NCBI GenBank assembly: GCA_040766585.1
Contig: JAXGQE010000012.1
Location: forward strand, 20,504-84,503
Reading direction: 5' to 3'
From: Candidatus Sumerlaeota bacterium
GTDB taxonomy: Bacteria > Bacillota > SLNR01
DNA: 64,000 nucleotides
Shown here: positions 19,401 to 28,388 of the stretch, piece by piece
How the letters are laid out: each line of letters opens with the position of its first letter
Position numbering within the stretch: position 1 is the first letter of the stretch
The notes under the pieces: generated by a model
Databases searched by the model: none
What the model saw: the letters and a program-made list of their open reading frames with translations, nothing else
What the model was told of the DNA's origin: nothing
Position numbers and translations under genes: made by a program

Positions 19401-20543
19401 GTTCTTCACATGATGCCGGTTCACTTCTGTCTGCCAGTCTTCATTGATTCGAACCGTTCCCGGATAGACAAACCCGAATTCCACCAGCTTGCGGATATAG
19501 TAAGATATCAGTCGAGGATTCTCTGTCCGGGCAATCTCTTTTCCAATGGTATTCTGGCAGTCCAGAATGGTTCCGGCCAGATCTGCCTTCAGGCTGGCAA
19601 ACTGACGAAACAAGTTGTCCGTGAAGCCGTAGATTTCTTCTTCCGGTAGTGTCGAAATAACCGTATTTAGCAGTTTGTTCATGTCAAAAAGCAAATGGTT
19701 CTGCAGCCCGTTCATGCCGGGCACATGGATTAGATAGATCAGATAGTAGATTTTTTCAGACGAATCCTGAAATTCATCCGTAATTCGTCGAAAGTGATGG
19801 GCGATGTCGCCGAAAAAAAGACATCGGGAGATTTGATCCCAGTTGGTGGCTTGGTCGATTCGCTTTTGAAGCTCCGCAAAAAAGGTTCCTCCAATCAGAC
19901 GAATCTGCTTTTTTGCGCTGGGATGAAAAAGGCTGGCATGGTCCCGGTACCATTCTTCTGCCTTGGATGTGTCCGCCCAGTACTGACAGGTCTCTATCAG
20001 CACACGCCGGACCAGCTGACATACATCTTCCTGATATCTCGGCCGAATGCCCCATTCACCCAGGTAAGTCCGAAACAGCCCGCTGTTTCGAATGACGGTG
20101 TCCGGATAAGCTCTTACACAGTACTCCAGCATGCCCAGTGAGGCCCGGACTGCTGAATCCGGCACATCCTCCTCCTCGCCCAATGCTGCAGTGAATTTGC
20201 AGAGAGATTTAATCAGCTCCTCCATCCAGTTGGAGTCCAGTTCTCTTTGCAGCAGTTCAGAATACATGCTGACGATGAACAACAAAGCATCTTCTTTCTT
20301 TTCCGTGCCCATATAGACCCATAAGTCGGACACGCTGATGGAATGCAGCCCATCAAACAGACCTTTGTAGTCCGGATACGGATGATTATACTCTTTGAAA
20401 AAGTCCAGCACTCTTTGGTGAACACCCCAATACGGTTTGGACAAAGTTAAAAACCACTGCTGTTTTTCAGACAGTCGGGTATCCTGTAACTTTGTCTGGG
20501 CCAGATTGGCCTCCAGTGCGGAGGATTTAAAGGGTTCTGCCAT
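16464..20543 (-). CDS. Large multidomain phosphotransferase: ~750-aa N-terminal region of unknown function fused to PPDK/PEP-synthase-type ATP-grasp nucleotide-binding domain and PEP-utilizer phosphohistidine swivel domain. Lacks the C-terminal PEP/pyruvate TIM-barrel domain.
   Basis: KAYYLKRITEMGFPVPEGFVITTE...PLLLSVRSGTAISMPGAMSTFLNVGIN and GTAVIIQRMVMGN...GEDIVSG match the PPDK N-domain. The C-terminal LTSRGGVTSHAAVTAAKLGKVCIV matches the phospho-His domain. The ORF stops ~40 aa after it. ATG at 20543 with RBS AGGTGA. Confidence 0.8.
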   Translation of the reverse strand: MAEPFKSSALEANLAQTKLQDTRLSEKQQWFLTLSKPYWGVHQRVLDFFKEYNHPYPDYKGLFDGLHSISVSDLWVYMGTEKKEDALLFIVSMYSELLQRELDSNWMEELIKSLCKFTAALGEEEDVPDSAVRASLGMLEYCVRAYPDTVIRNSGLFRTYLGEWGIRPRYQEDVCQLVRRVLIETCQYWADTSKAEEWYRDHASLFHPSAKKQIRLIGGTFFAELQKRIDQATNWDQISRCLFFGDIAHHFRRITDEFQDSSEKIYYLIYLIHVPGMNGLQNHLLFDMNKLLNTVISTLPEEEIYGFTDNLFRQFASLKADLAGTILDCQNTIGKEIARTENPRLISYYIRKLVEFGFVYPGTVRINEDWQTEVNRHHVKNIRIWLDLIRNSPDQYKDLLGALIVNLKLGGIFVSDTDLLQRDVTRLLNADIAPVYRQVKQLARIFPVYFREIGAEGKLRDVTTAMDELCKRKDRLVHFLRKQVHSESNNTHIRLTEQIARYWDSANRDHILPHLPKDVADTLDERNPLFVGMKEIMEAMKTQFETDALGVLHLNETWASEYLLGNGAFPEADKKKFLYLIQLYHLLLEKYSFETKDISRILAGSTVITAEEGEQLEEMMEQGQKIPVLEKVYEWMGRLKDQILDPQPTEAVENIYYKRHIAVGIPSMYGQYSEPKFEALGLMYRLERVAAKWMVMIVHDCQPDYLTTHTLTQAYRILELFLEGLKLDGVENQSFQANLEMLRYCLSSQSFSLDQYIDVFRFMATSVKEIINEYFLRVYDETLSAVVPQIVAGSEQDHVKVTESFYRDILSSAFLIQELDSFVTDLTDRLTEITEKHPPQIIKDMLTYDPAQLMNPFHQPCRELDNQVFMGAKAYYLKRITEMGFPVPEGFVITTELFRHRKAAYILDNMRRRIEQDIYGAIEAIEQSSGRKFGDPSRPLLLSVRSGTAISMPGAMSTFLNVGINEEIAGWDVKNPDTAWMNWDAYRRFLQSWGMAMGIARDDFDRIMIQFKQKYGVDQKMLFSWEQMRDMAAAYRHRIEEAGIEIPHDPEHQLIRTIRSVLDSWDSRRARTYRRHLRIADEWGTAVIIQRMVMGNRSKQAGSGVFFTHNPKINRPGIHPYGDFTLCSQGEDIVSGLVYPLPISESQRKDDYSDSSLSLQTAYPAIYERLMHYAHRLIDQHGFNHQEIEFTFESENPDDLYILQIRDQNIQGAAAQMRFAAPPGIENLLGRGIGIFGGCLSGRVVFSEEDMARFRHHELKIPLILIRPDTVPDDIPMIFKSDALLTSRGGVTSHAAVTAAKLGKVCIVNCRDLYVNEMQREAQIHGIRIQPGDYISLDGQSGNIYKGWNPVTEKDTAGI

Positions 20544-20667
20544 GGGATCACCTGCCAAATAGTATACTCTATTTATGTAATTTCTACTTTTAGTATATCA
20601 TATATAATAATACGCTTTACACATTGAATCCCCTTCCCGGGTATCTGACTTTCCAGCGAATTCTCTT

Positions 20668-20698
20668 TTAAAAAAAAGACCGCCCGCAGGCAGTCTTT
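20668..20698 (-). terminator. Intrinsic terminator downstream of rhomboid gene
   Basis: agaccgcc-cgca-ggcagtct hairpin followed by tttttttt on the minus strand. Confidence 0.6.
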
Positions 20699-20708
20699 CC
20701 AATTCAGG

Positions 20709-21377
20709 TCAGTGTGAACTCATATCAAAATAATAGGCAGGCCGTTTGGGTTTGGGGCGAATCACACGGGAAAGCAGATACCCGGCTGTAAATCCACCCA
20801 CATGCGCCAAATAAGCTACCCCACCGGAATCTGCCATCCGGGCGATGGCTCCTACCGAGGAAAAAAGCTGCAGCGCAATCCAGAATCCCAGCACCAGCCC
20901 GGCCGGCATCACCACAACCCGGAACAGGAAAAGCACATAGACCTGTCCCCGGGGAAACATCAGGAAATAGGCGCCCAACACACCGGCAATGGCGCCGGAT
21001 GCACCAACCAATGGAATCATGGAGCCCGAAGTAAACAAAAACTGGGCAAAGGTAGCCGCTGCACCGCAGAAGAGATAAAAGCCTAAAAATTTCAAATGCC
21101 CAAACCGGTCCTCCACATTATCGCCAAATATCCACAGATACAGCATATTCCCCAAAATATGCGCCCACCCGGCGTGCATGAACATAGCAGTAAACACCGT
21201 CGGAATGTTTCCGATGGGATCCGAGACAAAACGGCTCGGGACAAAAGCCCATTGCAGAATGAATGGATTTCCTCCTTGCATTTCCAGATAAAAAACATAG
21301 AAGTTCAATGCAATCAACATAAAAGTGACAATGGGTACCGTTCTTCTTCTCGAGTTGTCGTCCCCAATGGGCAGCAT
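20709..21377 (-). CDS. Rhomboid-family intramembrane serine protease
   Basis: GASGAIAG (catalytic Ser) and AHVGG (catalytic His) motifs in a 6-TM protein. RBS AAGGGGGAA. Confidence 0.85.
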   Translation of the reverse strand: MLPIGDDNSRRRTVPIVTFMLIALNFYVFYLEMQGGNPFILQWAFVPSRFVSDPIGNIPTVFTAMFMHAGWAHILGNMLYLWIFGDNVEDRFGHLKFLGFYLFCGAAATFAQFLFTSGSMIPLVGASGAIAGVLGAYFLMFPRGQVYVLFLFRVVVMPAGLVLGFWIALQLFSSVGAIARMADSGGVAYLAHVGGFTAGYLLSRVIRPKPKRPAYYFDMSSH

Positions 21378-21431
21378 CCACGAATTCCCCCTTTACCCAA
21401 GTGGCGCAGCGTCCGGCCACAATCCGGAATC

Positions 21432-21734
21432 TTACACGATAACGATCTTTTTCCCTTTGGGATCTCCTTTGAAATCTTCCAGGGCATGCTCCCACGCTTC
21501 CAGTCCAATATCTGGATGATAGTAAGTATGAACTTCCTTCAAATGTGCCAAAGCAATCTTTCCGGTAGTCAGTAGATCATCGTCGGTTACATTGGTGTCC
21601 GGATCCACTTTCCCGTGTTCCAGCTCCACTTCCATCCCCTCCAGAAACTCTTCCGGAGTAAACCCCATGGCTTCAAAATCCACATTCAGTTTTTCAGCAA
21701 TCTTCACCGCGTCATCCAACGTGACTTTTTTCAT
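21432..21734 (-). CDS. Small conserved protein of unknown function (DUF5661-like)
   Basis: MKKVTLDDAVKIAEKLNVDFEAMGFTPEEFLEGMEVELEHG... matches a widespread small Firmicutes/phage DUF. Start chosen at the internal ATG with RBS. Confidence 0.5.
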   Translation of the reverse strand: MKKVTLDDAVKIAEKLNVDFEAMGFTPEEFLEGMEVELEHGKVDPDTNVTDDDLLTTGKIALAHLKEVHTYYHPDIGLEAWEHALEDFKGDPKGKKIVIV

Positions 21735-21808
21735 CTCACTACCCCTTTCTGCATATTTTATATTCATTATATTCCATTTGCATTCGTTTGACCAGCCGTG
21801 GAAGCTGC

Positions 21809-23551
21809 TCACTTCTCTCCCCAATGACTGCCGATCTTCACATCGGCACAGACAGGAACCCGTTTCAGATAATGGGCTCCCGCATCCTCCATCACTCGTT
21901 TTAGAATGGAGGATACTGTCTCCGCCTGGTCTTCAGCCGCCTCCAGGATGATTTCATCATGAACCACCGCCACAATACGAGCATCCACGCTGATCAGCTC
22001 ATCCACCAGATTCCCCAGGGCCTGTTTCAGAATGTCTGCTGCTCCACCCTGAACCGGAATATTGGTATGGACAGAGAGCCCAGCCCGCTCCGCAAACTGA
22101 TACTGGCGGCCGGATAGAGTCTGTGCCTGCCCCGGAGCGGACAATCGGAGCGACTGATGCCAGCGCGCAATCCCGGCATACGCTTCGAAGAACCGGTTTC
22201 TAAACAAAGCCGCCTCCTCCTCGGTCATATCGGTTCCGTAGGTATCGCGGGCATAGTCCATCAGACCTTTGGCTCCCATCCCGTAGATCAGCCCGAAATT
22301 GACTGCTTTGGCCGCCTGGCGCTGGGACGGAGAGATCTGATCCGGAGCAATTCCAGTTATCAGCGATGCCGTCAGTCGGTGCAGATCTTCTCCCCGGCGG
22401 TAGGCATCCATCATGCGCTGGTCTTCCGATATTTCTGCTGCAACCCGCAGCTCAATCTGGGAATAGTCCGCCATGATCAGTTTGCGACCTGCAGGTGCCG
22501 TAAAGCAGGCTCGAAACGAATACTCCCGAGGGATTTGCTGAATATTGGGTTTGCTGCAGCTCATGCGCCCGCTCCAGGCTCCGATCTGGCTGTACTGAGG
22601 ATGCAGGCGCCGGGTAACCGGATGGATCATGCCAGCATAAGTCGCTAAGAAGGAGGACATGGATTTGGCTGCCTGACGGTACTGCAGCACTGCCGATACC
22701 AGAGGATGGTCAAGGTACGCAGTCAGGGTGTGGCGGGATGTGTTTTCCACCATGATGCCCTGCTCTTTCAGCCATTCGATAACCTGTTGGTTGCTGTCCG
22801 GATTCAGGCCCACCGGGACATCATCCCCAAAAAGAGTCTGCTGCTCCGCGGGGCGCCCGACAATGCTGTAGATTCGATCCAGGCTTTTTTTCTTATCCTG
22901 GGCCACCCGATGATGAAGATCCATCCAACAAGAAAGATCCAGATGGATTCCATTGTATTCTGTCTGCGCCAGCGCCCGGACGCAGGCAAACTCCAGCCGT
23001 GCAACTTCCGTTAATCCGTTGTTGATCAATTGAGGAACCATGGCTTCCCGCAGCGGAATCAGTACGGCGGCGTCCAGGCTGGCGTACTGCAGCTGCTTAT
23101 GGGACAGTTCTCTGCTCCAGTCGCTGCGCTGTTCCTCTTTGCTGATATCCATCTGAAGGTAGTGTTTGACCAATGAATCCAGTCCGACCCGTTCCGGGCC
23201 GCCTGCTTGTCTCAGCAGCTGGGCTGCCAGCATGGTATCAAAAAGAGGCAGCGAGACATGCACCCCGGACTGCTGAAGAAATTTCAGGTCGAATTTGGCA
23301 TTCTGAAATATCTTTACCGCTTTGGTAGCCAGCATCCTGTTGATGGTACTCAGACCTTCCGGAAGCACTCGCTGACAGTCCACAATCAGAACCGGCATAC
23401 GGGGGACAGCCAGCTGAATCAGCCGGATTGTGTCCCGGTGGGGATCCAGCCCGGTGGTTTCTGTGTCCACAGCCACCACGGATGCGGCTTCAATGGATTT
23501 TTCGTACTTCTTCAGATCAGAACCATCACGAATCAGGACATACTCAGTCAT
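21809..23551 (-). CDS. Family A DNA polymerase lacking 5'-3' exonuclease domain (3'-5' exonuclease plus polymerase domains, phage-type PolA-like)
   Basis: Exo I VAVDTETTGLDP. Pol motifs A DYSQIELRVAA, B KAVNFGLIYGMG and C VHDEIILE. ~580 aa. RBS AAGGAGAG. Confidence 0.85.
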   Translation of the reverse strand: MTEYVLIRDGSDLKKYEKSIEAASVVAVDTETTGLDPHRDTIRLIQLAVPRMPVLIVDCQRVLPEGLSTINRMLATKAVKIFQNAKFDLKFLQQSGVHVSLPLFDTMLAAQLLRQAGGPERVGLDSLVKHYLQMDISKEEQRSDWSRELSHKQLQYASLDAAVLIPLREAMVPQLINNGLTEVARLEFACVRALAQTEYNGIHLDLSCWMDLHHRVAQDKKKSLDRIYSIVGRPAEQQTLFGDDVPVGLNPDSNQQVIEWLKEQGIMVENTSRHTLTAYLDHPLVSAVLQYRQAAKSMSSFLATYAGMIHPVTRRLHPQYSQIGAWSGRMSCSKPNIQQIPREYSFRACFTAPAGRKLIMADYSQIELRVAAEISEDQRMMDAYRRGEDLHRLTASLITGIAPDQISPSQRQAAKAVNFGLIYGMGAKGLMDYARDTYGTDMTEEEAALFRNRFFEAYAGIARWHQSLRLSAPGQAQTLSGRQYQFAERAGLSVHTNIPVQGGAADILKQALGNLVDELISVDARIVAVVHDEIILEAAEDQAETVSSILKRVMEDAGAHYLKRVPVCADVKIGSHWGEK

Positions 23552-25400
23552 AGGGATCTCTCCTTCGTGTACCCAGCAGTTCATTTTCCTGTTCTTCCAG
23601 ATACTGCTGCGTATAAAGCGACCAGTACCTCTGCCGAAGCTTCAGCAGCGTGGCATGGGTTCCATCTTCCACAATGGTGCCCTTTTCCATCACCAGAATC
23701 CGATCGCAGCCTCGAATTGTGGACAAACGGTGGGCAATAATGAGGCTGGTTCGACCATGAATGACTTTGGCCAGGGCTTGCTGAATCATGTTCTCCGATA
23801 CCGTATCCAGGTTGCTGGTGGCTTCATCCAGAATGAGCACCGCCGGATCTGAAATCACTGCCCGGACAAAGGCCACCATTTGCTTCTGTCCCATGGAAAG
23901 CATGGATCCCCCTTCTCCCACTTCCGTATCGTATCCATTGGGGAAATGTTCAATGGCATCGTGAAGACCGATTTTGCGGGCGGCCTCTTCGATGTCCGAG
24001 TCCGAAGCCTCCAGCCGTCCATACCGGATGTTTTCCCGGATGGTCCCCCGAAACAGGTGCGGTGTCTGCTGCACATAGACTACCCGACCATGCAGCCAGG
24101 CCATGGACCGCTGCCGGATGTCTTTCCCGTCCAGAAGCACTCTTCCGGACTGAGGCTCGTAAAAACGACAAATCAGACTGGCCAGGGTGCTTTTCCCGGA
24201 ACCGGTGGAACCCACCAGAGCCACCGATGTCCCGGCTGCAACAGCCAGGTCCAGATCTTGAAATACCGGTTCTTCTTTCTTGTAGTAAAAACTGACCTTT
24301 TCCAGGGCGATGTCCCCCCGAAGCGCTTCAAAAGCCTGTCGGTTGGGCTGCAGCAAAGTTCCGAATTCTCGTACCACATCTGGACTGTCGCTGACTTCCG
24401 GCTGCGTATCCAATAGATCCAGAATCCTCTCGGCAGAAGCCTGGGCAGACTGCATCTCAGCCAGGATCCGGGCCATCTCGCGAATGGGCTCGAAAAACTG
24501 AACGGAATAGTTGATGAATAGAACCAGCGTCCCGTAGGTTATGACTCCGTTCAGCACTTGCTGACCACCAACGGTCAATGCCAGTACGGTGCCCACTGCC
24601 CCGATATTGATGACCACCGGTTGGAAAAGAGCGCTGTACCAGGCCGATCGAATGCTTCGCTGCCTCATCTGCCCCGTCAGCTGGGTAAAATCATCCATGA
24701 CCTTGTCTTCCACCGCCAGGGTTTTGGTGGTTTTGGCTCCCAGAATGCCTTCATTGATAGCTCCGGTAATCCGTCCGTTCAACTGACGGACCAGCCTCTG
24801 CATTTCCACAATTTTTTTTTGGAAAAACCAGCTGGCCAGGGCCAAAACAGGGACAACAGTCAGTGTAATGGCCGCCAATCGGGCATTGACGAAGAACATC
24901 ACCGCAACGACTCCGATCATCATGGTAAACCCCCACACCATATCCACCAGTCCCCAGGAAATAAATTCACCCAGTTTCACTGTATCGGATGTCAGGCGGG
25001 CCACGATCCGCCCGGCCGGCTGCCGGTCAAAGTATCCCTTGGACAGTTCCTGCAGTTTTTCAAAGCCTGCCTGGCGGATATCGCAGGAAATCCCTGCTTC
25101 CAGCAGACCGGCAATGCGGATAAACTGATACACTGTCAACCCCATACCCGCTGTCAGCGCCAGATATAGCAGCACGAAAGAGCCCAGATGTTCGGTGCTG
25201 CCGGGCACAATGTACCGGTCGATGATGAATTTAGCCAGATAGGTCATCGCCACATCGTGGGCCCCCAGAAAAACCAGACAGAAGCCAGCCAGCATCATCT
25301 CGCGTCTGTACGGACGCAAAAAAGGCAGGATCCTCCACCAGATGCGGCGGTCCAGTTTTTGAACAGTTTCATTCTGTTCATCCACAAGAATGGAATCCAT
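23544..25400 (-). CDS. ABC exporter, fused permease/ATP-binding subunit (heterodimer partner B)
   Basis: 6-TM N-domain plus NBD with Walker A GSTGSGKST, signature LSMGQKQ and Walker B ILDEATS. The start overlaps the 3' end of the upstream ABC gene by 23 nt. Confidence 0.9.
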   Translation of the reverse strand: MDSILVDEQNETVQKLDRRIWWRILPFLRPYRREMMLAGFCLVFLGAHDVAMTYLAKFIIDRYIVPGSTEHLGSFVLLYLALTAGMGLTVYQFIRIAGLLEAGISCDIRQAGFEKLQELSKGYFDRQPAGRIVARLTSDTVKLGEFISWGLVDMVWGFTMMIGVVAVMFFVNARLAAITLTVVPVLALASWFFQKKIVEMQRLVRQLNGRITGAINEGILGAKTTKTLAVEDKVMDDFTQLTGQMRQRSIRSAWYSALFQPVVINIGAVGTVLALTVGGQQVLNGVITYGTLVLFINYSVQFFEPIREMARILAEMQSAQASAERILDLLDTQPEVSDSPDVVREFGTLLQPNRQAFEALRGDIALEKVSFYYKKEEPVFQDLDLAVAAGTSVALVGSTGSGKSTLASLICRFYEPQSGRVLLDGKDIRQRSMAWLHGRVVYVQQTPHLFRGTIRENIRYGRLEASDSDIEEAARKIGLHDAIEHFPNGYDTEVGEGGSMLSMGQKQMVAFVRAVISDPAVLILDEATSNLDTVSENMIQQALAKVIHGRTSLIIAHRLSTIRGCDRILVMEKGTIVEDGTHATLLKLRQRYWSLYTQQYLEEQENELLGTRRRDPYD

Positions 25401-27183
25401 GATCCTCGCCTCCCTCCATCGAATCGAGAACCGGCTGGTTTTGCATATCCCAAATCTTTTGATAGAGGTTTTCCCTTTGAATCAGTTCCCCATGGGTCCC
25501 CTGATCCACGACCTGCCCATCCTCCATAATCAGAATCCGATCCGCAGCCATCAAGGTGGTCATACGGTGGGAGATTAGGAAAATGGTGGATCGAGAGCGG
25601 TTTTCCAACAGAGCACTGCGAATTTTTCGATCCGTTTCTGTGTCCACTGCGCTGAGGGAGTCGTCAAAGACCATCACGGGAACCGGATCAAACAAAGTTC
25701 GGGCTATGGCGACACGCTGACGCTGCCCGCCAGACAGGGTGATCCCGCGTTCTCCCACCTGGGTGTCATAGGATTCATCGAACCGTTCAATATGCTGATG
25801 GATGGATGCCATGGACGCGGCCTGGATGATTTTACTTCGGGAAGGGGCTCCCCGAATGGCAATGTTTTCACCGATGCTTTTGGAATACAAAAACGTTTCC
25901 TGCAGCACCAACCCCACATTCTGCCTCAGGTGCCTCTTGTCGATGGTGCGTATGTCCTGCCCGTCCATAAATATGCAGCCCCGGTCCGGCTCGTACAGAC
26001 GCGTCAAAAGATACATCAATGTGGACTTACCGGAACCGGTTGGCCCCAGAATCCCCACTGTTTCTCCGGACCGGATGTGAAATGACAGTCCTTTCAGCAC
26101 CGGGTGATTCGCCCGGTCATCCGGGTAGGTGAACCAGACATCCTGAAATTCGATCTCCCCGAAGATTTCCGGGGTCAGGTCCCCCGGGTCCGATTGATCC
26201 TCTTCGGCAGCCAGGATCTCGTCAATTCGATCGACAGCGACTACGGACTTGCCAAATTCGCTGAGGATACGGCCAAGCTGGCGAATGGGATAGAGAATCA
26301 TATTTTCGTAGGCAATGAATGCCACGACTGTACCCAGTGTGATTCTACCAACCACGGCCCAAATGGTGCCGAAGTACAAAACCAGCCCGATCTGCAGATA
26401 ACAGCCCAGGTCCGATAAGGACCAGAAGCTGCCGAAGTTTCGAACCAGTTCCGTCACCTTTTGTCTATATCGTTCATTATGGTTGAGAAAACGATGGTAT
26501 TCAAAAATCTCCCGTCCAAATGCCTTGACCACAGTGACCCCGCTGAGATACTCCTGCATAAATGATGTCAAGTCTGCATCCGCCTCGTCCATCTCCCGGA
26601 ATTTGAGTTTGATTCGATTGAAAAAAAAGGCCGAAAACAATCCAATCAGGGGCAGCAAAATGAGCGCCACCTGTGTCAGGGGCGGACTCAGTGAAACCAT
26701 CAGCCCGGTAATGATGGCGATCATAAAAACAATGGAGGCGATTTCTACAAACTGAACGGCCAAAAATCGCCGGACGGTTTCAACATCCGCAGTGGCCCTC
26801 TGGATGATATCCCCCGAATCAAACTGGGAGAAGAAAGCATATTTGGCGTTCAACACATGCCCCAGGAGCCGGTCTTTCAGATTTCTGGCTACCGTTTCAG
26901 CTGCAAACGCTGCCGTGTAGCTTTTCAGGAACAAAAAGACGGCTCTCAGGAGTGCTGCAGCAAGCAAAAGCCCTCCGATGCCCCACAGGGTTCCTCCGGA
27001 GAGATTCCTGATGATGGAGCCGGTATCCACCGGAAGATCTCCCACAATGTAGTCGATGGCATACCGGATTAATAGCGGAATGAGCAGAGCAAATCCATTG
27101 GTCAGAAAAGCCGCCGCCATCGATACAATATAAAGGTGGATGGTGCCGTGCATATATGCTAACAGTTTTCTTGTACCGTCCAT
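25378..27183 (-). CDS. ABC exporter, fused permease/ATP-binding subunit (heterodimer partner A)
   Basis: TMD plus NBD with Walker A GPTGSGKST, signature LSGGQRQ and Walker B VFDDSLS. RBS GGAGGA. Confidence 0.9.
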   Translation of the reverse strand: MDGTRKLLAYMHGTIHLYIVSMAAAFLTNGFALLIPLLIRYAIDYIVGDLPVDTGSIIRNLSGGTLWGIGGLLLAAALLRAVFLFLKSYTAAFAAETVARNLKDRLLGHVLNAKYAFFSQFDSGDIIQRATADVETVRRFLAVQFVEIASIVFMIAIITGLMVSLSPPLTQVALILLPLIGLFSAFFFNRIKLKFREMDEADADLTSFMQEYLSGVTVVKAFGREIFEYHRFLNHNERYRQKVTELVRNFGSFWSLSDLGCYLQIGLVLYFGTIWAVVGRITLGTVVAFIAYENMILYPIRQLGRILSEFGKSVVAVDRIDEILAAEEDQSDPGDLTPEIFGEIEFQDVWFTYPDDRANHPVLKGLSFHIRSGETVGILGPTGSGKSTLMYLLTRLYEPDRGCIFMDGQDIRTIDKRHLRQNVGLVLQETFLYSKSIGENIAIRGAPSRSKIIQAASMASIHQHIERFDESYDTQVGERGITLSGGQRQRVAIARTLFDPVPVMVFDDSLSAVDTETDRKIRSALLENRSRSTIFLISHRMTTLMAADRILIMEDGQVVDQGTHGELIQRENLYQKIWDMQNQPVLDSMEGGEDHGFHSCG

Positions 27184-27333
27184 AGAGGTTCCTCCATCGG
27201 TATTCTTTAGTTTCTCTTGATTATACAGCCGAATTGTAATATCCTTTATTTATGGAATATCGTCCCATGTCTTTTTTCACATGTGATTTCCCTTCTGAAA
27301 GTACGATCTCATTTAATGGGGGAAAGGTATTCC

Positions 27334-28164
27334 ATGGACTGTAACGCTCAAGCGGAGGAAAATCCAATGGATCAATTAACTGTTATAAAAAGAGCCGGTT
27401 CCATGTTGTTCATTCTGATAATCGCATTTTGTCTGTGCGGATGCTCCCTGGCGTTTCTTAGCCCGGCGGAAGAGCCGGAACCCTATACCGGGCCCGAGTA
27501 CACGGCTTTTGATCCTCATTTTCCTTTTGAACACGAAGAGGAAATGATGAACCGGCTGATTGAACTGCGCAACACATCCAAAGATGCGGCCGGATGGATC
27601 CGGATCCAGGATACCGGCATTGATTTCCCGGTTGTCCAGGGAGACGACAATGCCTATTACCTGAAGCACGATCATTTGGGTCAGTACACCCGTTACGGTG
27701 CCATATTCATGGACTACCGCAACAATCCACAAAGCGGGGTCGAGAAAAATACCATTCTGTACGGTCACAATATGAAGAACGACCGAATGTTTGGATCCCT
27801 TATGCCATTCAAAGATGCAGAATTTGCTCTAAACCATCCCTATATCGAACTGGTTACCGACAAAGGGTACAGCGTCTGGAAACTGTTTTCCGCCCATGTA
27901 ACCAGCCGGGATTTTTACTACATTGACGTAAACTTTAACACAGACCAATCATTCATGGAATTTTTGAACGCCCTGCAGGATCGGTCTCTCCATGATTTTG
28001 GCGTTGAGCTGACCGCACAAGACCGCATCCTCACTTTATCTACCTGCAGTTACGAATTTAAGGATGCCTTCTTTGCCATGCATGCCGTACTGGTCTATGA
28101 ATACGACTTTGCAGAAATGGGCGCTGATGATTCTGTACCCGGAGGAGATGCCCTTGATTCATGA
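27334..28164 (+). CDS. srtB: Class B sortase
   Basis: N-terminal TM anchor. Catalytic His ILYGHN, Cys in TLSTCS, and Arg present. RBS GGGGGAAAGG before the ATG at 27334. Confidence 0.8.
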   Translation: MDCNAQAEENPMDQLTVIKRAGSMLFILIIAFCLCGCSLAFLSPAEEPEPYTGPEYTAFDPHFPFEHEEEMMNRLIELRNTSKDAAGWIRIQDTGIDFPVVQGDDNAYYLKHDHLGQYTRYGAIFMDYRNNPQSGVEKNTILYGHNMKNDRMFGSLMPFKDAEFALNHPYIELVTDKGYSVWKLFSAHVTSRDFYYIDVNFNTDQSFMEFLNALQDRSLHDFGVELTAQDRILTLSTCSYEFKDAFFAMHAVLVYEYDFAEMGADDSVPGGDALDS

Positions 28165-28375
28165 TCTTTCCAAAATCCTGATGGGTATCGGAGTCGGACT
28201 TTTCTTGCTGGGGATACTCCTCTATGCAGGCAGCGGTTGGGGCTTGGGTCGGCTTCCCGGTGACTTTGTGTTCCGGAATCGCCATGTCACTTTCTATTTC
28301 CCATTGGCCACATCCCTAGTCATCAGCCTGCTTCTCACATTGGTCCTCTACATCCTGAATCTTTTGAAGCGCTAA
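28148..28375 (+). CDS. DUF2905-family small membrane protein
   Basis: Two TM helices flanking GWGLGRLPGDF. Overlaps the sortase stop and is preceded by RBS GGAGGAG (ATG or TTG start). Confidence 0.6.
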   Translation: MPLIHDLSKILMGIGVGLFLLGILLYAGSGWGLGRLPGDFVFRNRHVTFYFPLATSLVISLLLTLVLYILNLLKR

Positions 28376-28388
28376 TATGAAAATATAT

